A stretch of 64,000 nt of DNA, from NCBI GenBank assembly GCA_000708835.1, contig DF236989.1, positions 124,001 through 188,000 on the forward strand. The letters are read 5' to 3'. Below, piece by piece: positions 1 to 11,372 of the stretch (within the stretch, counting starts at the first letter, position 1; the number at the start of each line of letters is the position of its first letter). The position numbers and the translations under genes are program-made. The notes beneath the pieces are model-generated. The model was not told the origin of the DNA. It did no database searches and saw only the letters and a program-made list of their open reading frames with translations. This DNA comes from Klebsormidium nitens. Lineage: Eukaryota > Plantae > Klebsormidiophyceae.

Positions 1-272
1 TAAGGGCTCCTAAACCAAGGGCTCCCTAATTAAGGGCTGCATCGTGTGCCCCGTACCGACTACAGGTTCTGTCAGAGTGGCCGCCAGAGAACTCAAACTT
101 CCACCACTTGAGAAAAGAAGTGAATTGACTGATTAAGCTGACGCTCCGATGGTCTGATCTCTGCAAACGGGCTCAATCAGGGTCAAGTGAGGTGGCCAAG
201 ACTGGCATTACACTTGCGACTTGTTTCTTCAAGCTCCTTCCGACAGTAAGAAGTGTGCACTCTTGTCAGCAG

Positions 273-3200
273 GCCAGCTTGAAAGGCAAGCTTGCGGTGG
301 CGCTGAGGGGCGACTGCCTTTTCTCCCTGAAAGCGGAGGTTGCGCAGCAGCAAGGCGCCGTGGGACTCATTGTCATCAGCACGGCTGAGGGTAAGGTGGG
401 CAGTCCTGGAATCGTCTGGTCTCCCTGGAAAGACAAGTGTATGTATGTGAAAGCGGATGCTGGCATGATCACAAAGGTCGGCACCGTTGTCCGTCCTTGG
501 TCACCTTTCTTCGGTCCCGTGGGACTTGAACCAGACCGAAATGGTGAGGTAGATACGTACAACCCCCTCGATCCGCGCTTGTCCCATCAGGCAATTGTTG
601 CGGGAGTTGGATGAGCACTATCGGAAGCATCTGGATCTATCTTAGTCACTGGTGGGTGGGAATACCGTCAGTCCAGATGACTTCCAAACTTCAACCCAAA
701 GAACTTGTCCATCTATGCGAAACCGGATAAGCCTGACAATAATTTGGCAATCTCGATATCTGGATATTGGCTGCAAAATATGCTGCGCGACTCAATGAAA
801 GCCAGAATGTGGACGTGCAAGCGCAGCTTTCCGGACACAACTCCGATGTGCTTACCAAGACGTCCTCAATACAGAAGTCGAGCCATCAGATGGCAGTGGG
901 TACATCGCTCTCGAATCTAGATCTCCCCACGTTCATACGGAGAAGCTCACACGAGCAGCCGGCTTTCTGTTTTGGCGTTGAGTGCGCTGGCTTACGCTGG
1001 GTTCGCGACGTTCTTTCAGAGTACTTCCCGATGTCTTGCGATGAGGACAAACCTCCCACAATGGAGATCGACATCCCGTCTGTCATGATTTCGAAGTCGG
1101 CTGGCTACAAGCTGCGGGCGGCTATGAGACAGGGCCCAGGTAAGCTCTCGCCTACGAAAGCGCTCCTTGACTTTACAGCAGTTGAGTTTGTGCGTCAGTT
1201 TTGTGCAGTCATTTGCGGCAGCAAGAACAAGACGCGGTTTCTCGTCGATCTAAACTTCAGTCTCTCGTCATTGAGTGGTCGTGCAGTTCTCGACCCAAAA
1301 TTTTAGCAAAGTTCTGGTTTTCTATGATGCCGCCCCACATTGGCCACGTGATCCATAGAGCTAACGAGGGAATGCAGCAATATTTATCGGTGCTTGAAGC
1401 CCGCTCTCCTTTCGCGATTTCGATGCATGTCTTCCTGCCGGTCTTCCTCATTTTCAAAGCGGGGAAGAGAATCTGGACGGGCCTTTGCTTAGCAATCGCC
1501 TTTTCCATAGCCTTGGTGCAAATTCACATCCAACTCGTTTTACAGGACGAAATGCATGGCTCTGGAACGGAAAGATTGCAAGAAAGATTGGCTGACCCAC
1601 GTCCGATTCCGCTTATTCTTACAGTTTCAGTGCGGATATTTGCACCTCCCCGCCCCATTCTGGACCCCTCCGCTGCCATCCTGTGGTTCGTAGCCGTTGG
1701 CACCGTCGTTGCGGCCGCCTTCTGGTCCGCATCGGACGTCCGAAAGGGGGGCAAGTACGAGCGGCTCAACAAGGTGCATCCGAGCACCCCCAAGGCTCTC
1801 TATGTGTTTGCGCGTTGGCATTACAAGCAAGCCAATACTTCGAATCATTGAGTCAGATGGTGTTCGAACTTTGAGGCCCTCCCGATTGCAGAGCCGACGA
1901 GGGTGAGAATGACATCTTGACAGTGTGGCTTGCTTGAGATGTTACACCGTACTGTTATTCGATTTCTGCCCCGAACATTTATATAATCATCAAGAGGGGA
2001 TAATGGTCAATAACTGTACTTTAGTAGGTCAAATTTGGGTCTGCCGAATTTCTCAAACGTTTCATTGATCATTCGGCGTCGAAGGTGCCGAAATCAAATA
2101 CCGGTATGGTGGTAAGTCCCGCCAACGATACTCTAGTATCATCGTCCGCTGATACTAGACAGCCCAACCCGGTGGTTCACTTGCTCCGTACCCCTATCCA
2201 CCCCAAGCCTCCAAAGTAAAACCACCCGTACAAGCGCGGTTACCTTCTTGTTATCTTTCTTGAGATCGAACTCGAGAGTGCAGGCCCGGCGGGACGACGA
2301 AGACGAGGAGGCGGAGCACATCGACATCGGCGTGGCGGGCGCGGCCAGATGGGAAGCGAAAGCACTTTCTTCTCTCAGTAACGTAAACCTTGGAGGTACT
2401 CCTTCGAACCACATTCCCTCTTGTTCTCATAAATCAAAGTACTCATGCAAAGTTCTCGGAAGCACAGGCGCGGCGAGAAGAGGACGAAGAGGAGGCGGAA
2501 CATATCGACATTGGCGTGGCGGGCGCGGTGATGTTCGTGGTGGTGTCGTCGGTCATGCTGCTGCTGCTCTTCTTCTTCATGTCCAAGTACCTCGCCGTCG
2601 TTCTCATCGTCTTCTTCTGCATCGGGGGTGTTGAGGTGCGCCGCTTACCGCCGGGCTGCAGGGCTTTTTGATACCTCTAGGGTTTCAACAGCTAGATATT
2701 CGAGATTTTTCCAGAGGGATTCAGGGTTTTAGGGATTGAGGGGTGGTTTTGTTGGCGATGCTGCTGCTGCTCTTCTTCTTCATGTCCAAGTACCTCGCCG
2801 TCGTGCTCATCGTCTTCTTCTGCATCGGCGGCGTTGAGGTGCGCTCGCTCACCGCCTCCCCGTAGGCTGTCCAGGGTTCTTGGTCTTAGGATTCTGAGGC
2901 TGTTTCGGTGTGAGGGGTTACGTTGTCGGCGATGCTGCTGCTGCTCTTCTTCTTCATGTCCAAGTACCTCGCCGTCGTCCTCATCGTCTTCTTCTGCATT
3001 GGCGGCGTTGAGGTGCGCCGCTCACCGCCTCGCTGTAGAGCCTTTTGATACGCATAGGGTTTCAACTGCTAGGACTTTGAAATTTCTAGGGTTTTAGGAC
3101 TCTTGAAATTTTCACGGTTTTAGGGGTGATGTCGTCAGCGATGCTGCTGTGCTCTTTTTCCTCCGTGCTCATTGTCGTCTTCTGCCTTGGCGGCGTCGGG

Positions 3201-6200
3201 GTGCCTGGCTCGCAAGGATCTTTCGAAGAGCTTTCCAGGTTCTCTGAGTTTGCCAGGGGAGTCACCTGACGCGGCAGCCAGTTAGCCTACGAAGGACGTG
3301 GGTAGTCAGCATCTCAATCTGAAAATAGTGACTCGTTGAGAAAGTTGTCCTTTGACTCGGCGGCGTTGCGTTTCGCCTCTCCCGGCCTAGTCGCAGAGCT
3401 TTCAAGGACCGTCCGATAAGAAAGCTAGTGTTGTCCAAAGCCACGGTTTTTGCCTAGGTTTCAAACAACATGGTGGCGAGTCTGCTGAATGGTGGCGAAC
3501 TTGTACACCAAGTTGGAAGTGAGAGGAGGCAGTCTTCTGCAAGATAGCCCTGCCATTAATTCGAGGACGCTCGATGGTCGACTGTTCAGTGGTGTGGGAG
3601 AGTAGCTTATCTTCTGGTTGACTGCTGTTCCTGAACTGCGCCCTTTCGCCCCGCCTTTTGCACATTTGAGATTGTGCGCTTGCTATTTGTCTTATCAGGA
3701 ACGATGGGTCTGGGCGTTCCACCGTTCACTGGGGCCTACTGACGTGTAGATTCCGACCTCCTTCCAATCTGGGCACCTCAGATCGTTGGCAGCACAGCCG
3801 AAACGGTAAACTAAACCTTCTTTCTTTCAGGGCCTTTCCAAGTGCCTCAGCAGCCTGCTGGTGGTCTTAACCCCAGCGCTAACCACACGCGGCGCCGAGC
3901 TGCCCTACCTGGGTTACTGGCCTGCCCCGACGCTGATCTCACTGCCGGTGGCGGCGGCGGTCGGCCTTTGCTGGGCGATCTGGAGAAAGTCCGACTGGGC
4001 TTGGGTGGGACAAGACGTCTTGGTGAGTTGGCCTTTGGACGCTTGAAAAGTGTCCGGAATATTTCGGGCAGATCCGGGGAGTAGAACCGCGTCCAGATCC
4101 TCGTTACAATGCATGCTCAGGAAAAGCCGCGAGCCTTTGTCGATAGATGCTAGGGCGTTCTGGTGAGTACGCAGTCGGACGCTTGACACGTTTCGAAGTT
4201 CGACTTTCGAACGAGCAAGAGACTCGAAGGATCTAAAGAATTCGAGTTTCGTTCTAGCATCTGCAAGACGGACTGGGCGTTGGTCGGACAGGACGTGCTG
4301 GTGAGTGGGCATTCGGACGCTTGACACGTGATGCAACATTTGACTTTCGGACGGGTCAGGAGATCCGATGTATCTGAAGCGTTACGGTTCAGTCAAGTGC
4401 GTCTGGAAGTCGGACTGGGCCGCGGCCGGATTGGACGTCCTGGTGAGCCGGCATTCGGACGCTTGATGACCTTTCGGACGTCTGGGCAGGTTTGGGTCTG
4501 GAAACGGCCTGGATACTTAATACGAACCAGAGTTGTTATCTATCCGCGATCCTTTGTTGGTTTGTCGACTGCCGCTGAACGTCCTGGTTAGTGGCCATTC
4601 AGATGCTTGACACTTGTCGAATCCTCGACTTGCGGACGGGTCGAGAGACCCATTCGATTCGATCGACTGAGTCTGGCACATCTGGCTATCCGGCTACCTT
4701 CTTAGTCCGCATTTTGGTAACCGATTTGCCCCTGGGGAGTCATTTTTGTGTAGGCCTGACGCGTTCGTTGTCTTCTGCAGGGAGTCGCGTTGATCCTGGT
4801 CGTTCTGCAGATGGCACGACTGCCAAACATCAAGGTAGGCTTTCCAGACCTTGTGCTCAACTTGTTGGGCCAAGATGTAATCTGCTGACGTCATGGACAC
4901 GGTGAACATGTGCTATGTCCTCCAAGCGTACCGAAACGAGGACGTCGATTTGACAAGGTCAGCAGGGAACATCAGTGTAGCTGTGGCGTTTTGTCAGACC
5001 ATCCCAGTGGTCTAGCAGTATGATTACTCTGCTGGGCACCTCATTCAGGAGACCTAATGCTGATTGCGCGAAATCCAGTAAGGTGCCTCTTCAATGCAGG
5101 AGCATACTGTTGTCGAGGCCAAACTACGCTCAGCTGAGTTGCAAGTCAGTTCAGAGTAACCATTGTTGCTACCGCAAGTCGAAGCCGGGACTTGGGTGCT
5201 TGAGCCGGTCACGTATGCCTGTTTGGCGAGAGGAATGATCCGATGTTGCAATTATTTATTCTTTCCCGCCCGATGCGCAGGTGTCGTCTCTCCTGCTGTG
5301 GCTCGCGTTTGCGTACGACATCTTCTGGGTGTTCCTCTCGCCCTATTTCTTCAATGGGGAGAGCGTCATGATCGCGGTGCGCCCATCACTCCTCTGCCTT
5401 TCATAAAGGATTCCGGTCCTTTTGAGATTTGTGCTGCCTATTTGCTAGCAAGCCTCAGGAAAACGAGCGTCCTTTTCAGGATCCGCTTTGCTTTGTCCGT
5501 TCCAAGATGTTGTTCGACTGAACAAACAAAGACACAGACGGTTCGCTAGGGGCTCTTCAATCTCATTCTACGACTGTTGATAGAAAGGGTCTCAATCTCA
5601 TGCTTTTGTCTTTGACAGCCGATTGTCAGCTGATGCTGCAACCTTAATGTTTTGATCATCCCTACAGACTTTTCGACGCTCTAAAATGTGAGCTTGTGCT
5701 CTTTGGCCTCCCTAACGTTCTTTCAGTACACAAAAAGGGAACACATTATCTCTCTCCAGTAACCAAATCTTCGGCCGCTCTTTCGGTCATACGAACGGGA
5801 AACATGGATCGATGCCTTTGCCTTATAACTTCTGCCGCTCCATCGTTCAATTAAAGAGAGGCCGTGGAGTCCTCCCCGTTCACAACTTTTGTACCACTAT
5901 TTCGTAAGGACTAACACAACCACGAATAGTACACCTTTTGCGGGGATCCTGCCATTTCCACACCGGTACGGTATCGACACGGATTTCGCTCATCGTCAAT
6001 CCATCCCCTACTCCTGCTGAAAGGACAGACATTGTATTTTTGCCCCCCCTTCTCAGGTGGCCAGCGGGCTCAACAGCGGCGGCGAAGCTATGCCGATGCT
6101 GCTGCGAGTGCCTCGGATATTGGACCAGTGGGGGGGGTACAACATGCTGGGCTTTGGGGACATTGTGTTACCGGGCCTCCTGGTCGCATTCACACTACGG

Positions 6201-7835
6201 TGAGAACGGGCTCGTGAGTGGTTTGCGTTGAAAAAGTGTGACTCCCTCCCTGGTTGGCGCTAGGCTTTGGGGACATAGTGCTACTGGGCCTACTGGTCGC
6301 ATTCATACTGCGGTGAGAAAAGGCTCTGACGTGCGTCGAGCATAGTATGAACACGTTCATGTCGCATACACACAGCGTCGAGAAAAGGCTTGTGTCAAGC
6401 ATAGTTTGAACACGTCATGGTCGCATTCACACACGGTGAGGAAAGAAGAAGAGTTTAAGAACACGTATTTGCAGGCCTGGTCGCATAAATTCACGTTACA
6501 AAGAAAAGGCTTAGTACGGCGTGTGTCATGATAGTTTGAATGCAATGCTGGTCGCATTCACATTACGTGGAGAAAGGGCTCTGTACACCGATCAGTATCG
6601 CTTGCCCTCAGTTGGGGGTTAACTCGGCGGTAGTAGCCGTACTACTATCCTTGACGGAAGAAGCCTGATATTGCTGGAAGTGTGCTCAAAAAGCTCGTTT
6701 TACCTGTTGGCAGGTTTGATTGCGAAGAGAAGCGGTCGTGGTCGGGTGGATACTTCCTATACTCAAGCATAGGGTATGGAGTTGGTGAGCATCGCCTATC
6801 CTTCTCACGCAGGCCTGAATGGATCGTGATGCTCGTGGACGCGGCGTAGTTCTTTGGAGTCGCAATTCAAAAATTCGTCAAATTTAATAGCTCTCATTAG
6901 GCTCCTCGTACTTGCGGGTCTCTCGGTAGCGCAGATTGCATCCCTACATCATCTGGACTTTCGGGATTGACAGGAGGATTCCAAGCACCTTTGACCGTTG
7001 TATTCAAACGGGTTCCTTACACTGACCCCGTTTCTTGTGTCAATATCGCAGGCCTGTTGTGTACATATGCGGCGTTGGCACTCATGTCGGGTCAGGGCCA
7101 GCCCGCGCTGCTCTACTTGGTCCCTTGCACGCTGGGTAAGTATTTCAATGGTGCACTCTCGATTCTGATGGTATTCGTTTGGCCCCTATGTTGAAAAAGG
7201 GGACCCGAAGAGTGTCGAAAAGTATCATCCGCTGACGTCGCTGTCAAGCAATCCCTTTGCAGACGGTTTTCGTTACAAGAAATTATTTCTGTCGAGCTTC
7301 CGTATAATAGCTAAAACACACAACAACTGTACAGATTTATCTCGTCGACGGCTCTGCTTAAGGAATAATTGTTGCTTAAGTAGAGCAACAGTTGGTCAGC
7401 GAGCATTTCAAACCAGTCTGTCGACTCTAGCAGCCGTTTTGATCATGTAAGCTGGCGAGGCAGTGTCGCGGAATCTTGTCGATAGTCAACCCGTACGACA
7501 TACATTGTAACACGTTTCCCTGTCGCGTTCTGGCTCATCTTGCTCTCGTCAATCCCTCCAACCAAAAAGCAGTGCCAGCAGCGTACTCCGGTTCGCGCAC
7601 TGCCTTCAGACCGCGAATCGGTTCTGCTGGTTGCTTTCACAAACGTACCGTATTCGGTGCCCACCTTTAGAGCGTGCACCGATTTTGCCCACCTGCAAAG
7701 TGCATACCAGGGTTGCTGCCCACCTTCAAATTGCGGACCGGGTTTGCTCTTGCAGGCACGCTTTTGATTCTTGCGTGGTACCGAGGCGAGCTCGCGGCGC
7801 TCTGGAGCCGCGGGGAGGACGACAACGAAGCGTGA
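273..7835 (+). CDS. SPPL: Signal peptide peptidase-like aspartyl protease (PA domain + peptidase A22B), 5'-partial, 11 exons in window
   Basis: Exons 273-390, 1020-1139, 1625-1773, 2468-2635, 3831-4022, 4781-4834, 5281-5376, 6057-6199, 6714-6784, 7052-7135 and 7756-7835 join in phase through GT-AG junctions. PA-domain motif [18 protein letters not shown], catalytic YDIFWVF and GFGDIVLPG, and the QPALLYLVP motif are present. Stop TGA at 7833-7835. The N-terminal exons lie upstream of the window. Confidence 0.95.
2281..3205 (+). repeat. Duplicated fragments of SPPL exon 2468-2635: one copy of the exon head and three copies of the exon tail with donor
   Basis: The head copy is at 2281-2345. Tail copies (gcgatgctgctgctgctcttcttcttcatgtccaagtacc...ggcgttgag|gtgcg) are at 2755-2845 and 2926-3020, with a degenerate one at 3127-3205. 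Confidence 0.93.
4157..4613 (+). repeat. Four decayed copies of the SPPL exon end and donor at 4022/4023
   Basis: The motif gacgt(c/g)ctg|gtgag...ttcggacgcttgacac recurs at 4157-4190, 4270-4328, 4406-4466 and 4578-4613. Confidence 0.88.
6255..6585 (+). repeat. About five decayed copies of the SPPL GxGD exon end and donor
   Basis: A near-complete copy ggctttggggacatagtgctactgggcctactggtcgcattcatactgcg|gtgagaaaaggctc lies at ~6263-6330. Shorter tggtcgcattcac...gagaaaagg units follow to ~6585. Confidence 0.88.
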
Positions 7836-9871
7836 GGCCCTGTCCACCCGTCTCCTGCCTTTTTGTGACGTCAGCAATTATTTGGATGCCGAGGAGCCTG
7901 CTTCGGGACTTTTTGATCAGCTGCCGTGTTGCGCATCGAAGACGGGTTTGACGTCAAGTCACAGTTTGCGAAGAGGGACTGGTTTTGCAGTATTGGACGA
8001 ACTCTTGACATTCTCGCAGCGATATCCTTTGTCGAGTTGTTCATCAAATCTCGTTTGCAAAGTTTGGCTAGGTCCTTGTCAAACAATTCGTTGCAGTTTC
8101 CCTTTGAGGTTCGCCCCAGTTGCTTACCAAGTTTTGCCAGCGGCCTGACTGGAAACTTGTTTGGCATGCAGAGTTGAGAGCGGGGATGAAGATGGGCATT
8201 TGAGCCCCGCAGTCGACGAAGACAGGGGTCGAAGCCTGCAGGGGCGTGGCTCGCAGGGTCGGTTAGGGACATCGAGCAGGCGACGAGAGATCAGCCAAGA
8301 GTCGCCAAGGTCGTCGCTTGTCTAGGAAGGAGAAACCATGGGCAGTTGTGATGTACGAGCATATCGTGGCCGCATGTCCCAATCACTTTTAGATTTCACT
8401 TTCTAAAGTTAAAAATATCTGACATCTGATCCTCAGTTATGTACCTAATCACTACCTAGCTTAGGTATATGCATGCTTTATCGTTAGTACAAAATGGTTC
8501 CGCGATTGATTCGTACTAGCCTCACAATATAGGTCGTTATCAAACTTCTGCATGACGGTGTATATGAGGTTTGATGTCCATGAAAAATGCATTAGGAGCT
8601 GCCAGATGCAGTGCCAAGTGCAGTTACTAGCTCATTGACAATGCAGGCACTTCGAACTGAGGCGCAGATTTTCAAACGTTGCATGGATTTACCATACATG
8701 TATGGTAGGCAGTCCAGTATGAGCATTTGAAGGATCAGCGGCGGATGCGGCAAACTTCTCACATATGTACATGGGAGAGTTGATGGAGCCCGGCCATATT
8801 CAAAGCTGTGGCCGGCCTCTCAGCCTAGAGGACTAACATGCACAAATCCGTGCGCCGACGAGGTGCACTCCATGATTGGGCGGGTATAGACCCAGGACGC
8901 TGGTCTATGTGTGGACCATCAGCCAAAGCCAACAGATGGTGTACATCTGAGCTCCTTGCCATGGCAAAATAAGGCTTTGTGAAACGTGCATGCTTTCTGA
9001 TAGTCGTTATCCATATCGATGACAAGAATGAGGCGGAAGATCTATGAAGATTGTCAATGCAGCGATGGCAATGCCCTGCATCAAGCAGACTCCGATGAAA
9101 TATTGCAGGGGGGATCACAGGCTTTGATGCAAGGTTCAGGGCAACCAGCATGTATTAGTTACTTGTATCTTCCTACCAGGCGAGTGTGAATCCAGTCTGT
9201 GAATGTGGTGTGTTGAGAAACACAGTCTTACCAGCCTACAGCGGTGGCTGCCTGTCATCAACAGCAGAGAGAACTACCTCCACTTTTGCAGAGCCAAGCA
9301 CAGAGGAGAGACACAACTTGTTCTTCATCCATTACAACGCCCCGACAACGCCGCAGACATTTGCGCAAAGCCTAACTAAGGGCGCACTCATTACAAGATT
9401 GTCACAGCTCACTGCTAGCGCTCCTCACAAGGCATACTGATCTTCACCAAGAGAGTGGTCAAATACGCACCATCATTTGGGAAGCGGTTGACCTCCGGTA
9501 TTTTTGAGATCTGGATCTTTCTCACCTTTTTGCACTCTCACCTTCCAACAGTAAGTCAAAGGACTAGTGCAGATCTTCTTTCTTGTGTGTAACACATTAT
9601 GCTTCCAAAAGATCGCCTTGCACTGCTTTGCTTTCGGCATCTCTGTTGATTGTTACCACAATACCGTGACCAAAGCTCAGATTGTCAACAGATTCATCGA
9701 GCATACCAGCATAAGAATGCAGGGGCAGCAAGCACCTACTGCTTTCTTCCCCACGATGGAATGGTGGTACGGTGGTAAAGGTACATTACTACAATGGGCA
9801 CTGAACTAACCTTCTTCGTGAATGCTGCAAGTCAGCTTCTAAAAGCAATACTGACACGAGGGTCTGCCACT

Positions 9872-11070
9872 CTATCTCAACCAAGTCAAGTTGGATCTGA
9901 TGTTTGCTAGAGCAGCAAATGCACTTTGTTGGGGAGAGGGAAAAAACGAGCTTTTCTCTGAGGAGGTGGAGAAAGTAGGTGGAAGAAAAGTGAAAGAGGA
10001 GGAGGGAGCTGCTGGGAGCAGGTTCGCTGACCAAGAAAGAGAGAAAAGAAGCTGGACAAAGAGACAAGAATGCAGAGTTGTCGCCTTTCCGGCTTTCCGA
10101 AAAGTGCCTTTTCCAAAAGGCAAAACGCCATGCCCGCTGATGTGGGCAATGTCCTTTCCGAGCTGCAGCCAATCAGATCGCAGCATTGGAAATATCTCCG
10201 CCGCAAAAGCGTCATGCTGGAGTCCTCTTCCCGGCGACCAAAAATCTTGCGAGAAATCTTCCCGTGCTGTGCCAAGCTGTGCCCCTGGTAAGCGTGCCGC
10301 CGGCGCTCGCTTATGAACCCTTTTTCGACGAACCCAAAGTCGAACTACCAGCTTATGACAAGCTAATTCAGCCGCCGTTAACCTTGTTTCGACACAATGC
10401 TTGAAATGGAGTTTCAAACCAAGTATGCTTCTGGTTATTCGTCGAAACAAAGGTACAAGTCACTCCTGATTCGGAGTCGAAACAATGCGAGATTGAGGCG
10501 TTATAGCCCCCTTATGGGATTCGAAATCCTGTGAGATCGAACTTTGTGGAGTACACATGACCGCTTTTGATAGGCGGATGCTCCTGCCATGTGATCCTCA
10601 TTTGCAAGAAAATCATCGCGCAGCTTCCTTGCTGAGCGAATGGCGTCGATCTCCGCAGCGTTCCATGCCGCTGCGCTTGCGCCTGCGTTCGCCGCCTCTG
10701 TAGCCAGCACCTCGGGTAGCGTCAACGAGCGACCCAGCTTCTCAGCAAGGATTCCTTCTTCCTCTGCAAGCCCGTTCTTGGGAGCCGCAAGAGGGCAGGA
10801 CTTTGGAGGTGAGGGCGGTGCATGCAATTGTGTTACCCTTTCCGCTTTTGTTCTGTACTCCAATTGTCTCCGCTGTTCACCTGTGTATGATGCTGCACAT
10901 TTCGAGAGAACTTTGGGATTAGGCTGGGGGCGCATGATTGTTATCGGTTCTTGCAAAAACTTGCTTGTCTCAAGTGCATGTGATATGTCATGCAGGAGCG
11001 CCAGCAGTTGAAGCTGTTGAATATCCTTCTCGACAAGCAAGGCGGAGAGCCCTAGGCAGAAGCGCAGCCA
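9872..11070 (-). other. Possible spliced gene of unknown function (exon structure unresolved)
   Basis: Two protein-like ORFs, 10501-11040 (AAAWNAAEIDAIRSARKLRDDFLANEDH) and 9872-10450 (DFWSPGRGLQHDAFAAEIFPMLRSDW). A long pyrimidine tract ends in an AG near 9908. I could not build an in-phase model or recognise a family. Confidence 0.3.
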
Positions 11071-11372
11071 TTAGAGCTGCTGTTGCAAGTGAACAGGCTG
11101 TCACAAGGTGGGTGGTTCGATGTCAGCTGCTGATGGAGCGCGACAGAACTGGATCTGGATCAAGTTTAGAGATTGTTTGCATCTATGCATATACTGATCT
11201 GTCCATAGCTTGATTCTTATACTGCGCCAGCATGCAGATCTTCCCACTGTCAGCTCGACAATCCAGCCCTTTGAAATCGACCACGAAAGCAATGTTGCAT
11301 TGAGGCAGTTACCGTCGTGTTCTTGGTTGCCGGTCTGACAATCAACACTGGTTTTGCAGTACGCCAGGCAAG

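Noticed and set aside
2755-3205. Echo copies as mutually exclusive alternative exons
   Set aside because: Each copy carries only one splice site and half the exon, so none forms a complete cassette.
6255-6585. Repeat-spacer pattern as a CRISPR array (also at 4157-4613 and 43557-43985)
   Set aside because: The repeats are degenerate copies of the neighbouring exon ends, spacing is irregular, there are no cas genes, and the context is eukaryotic.
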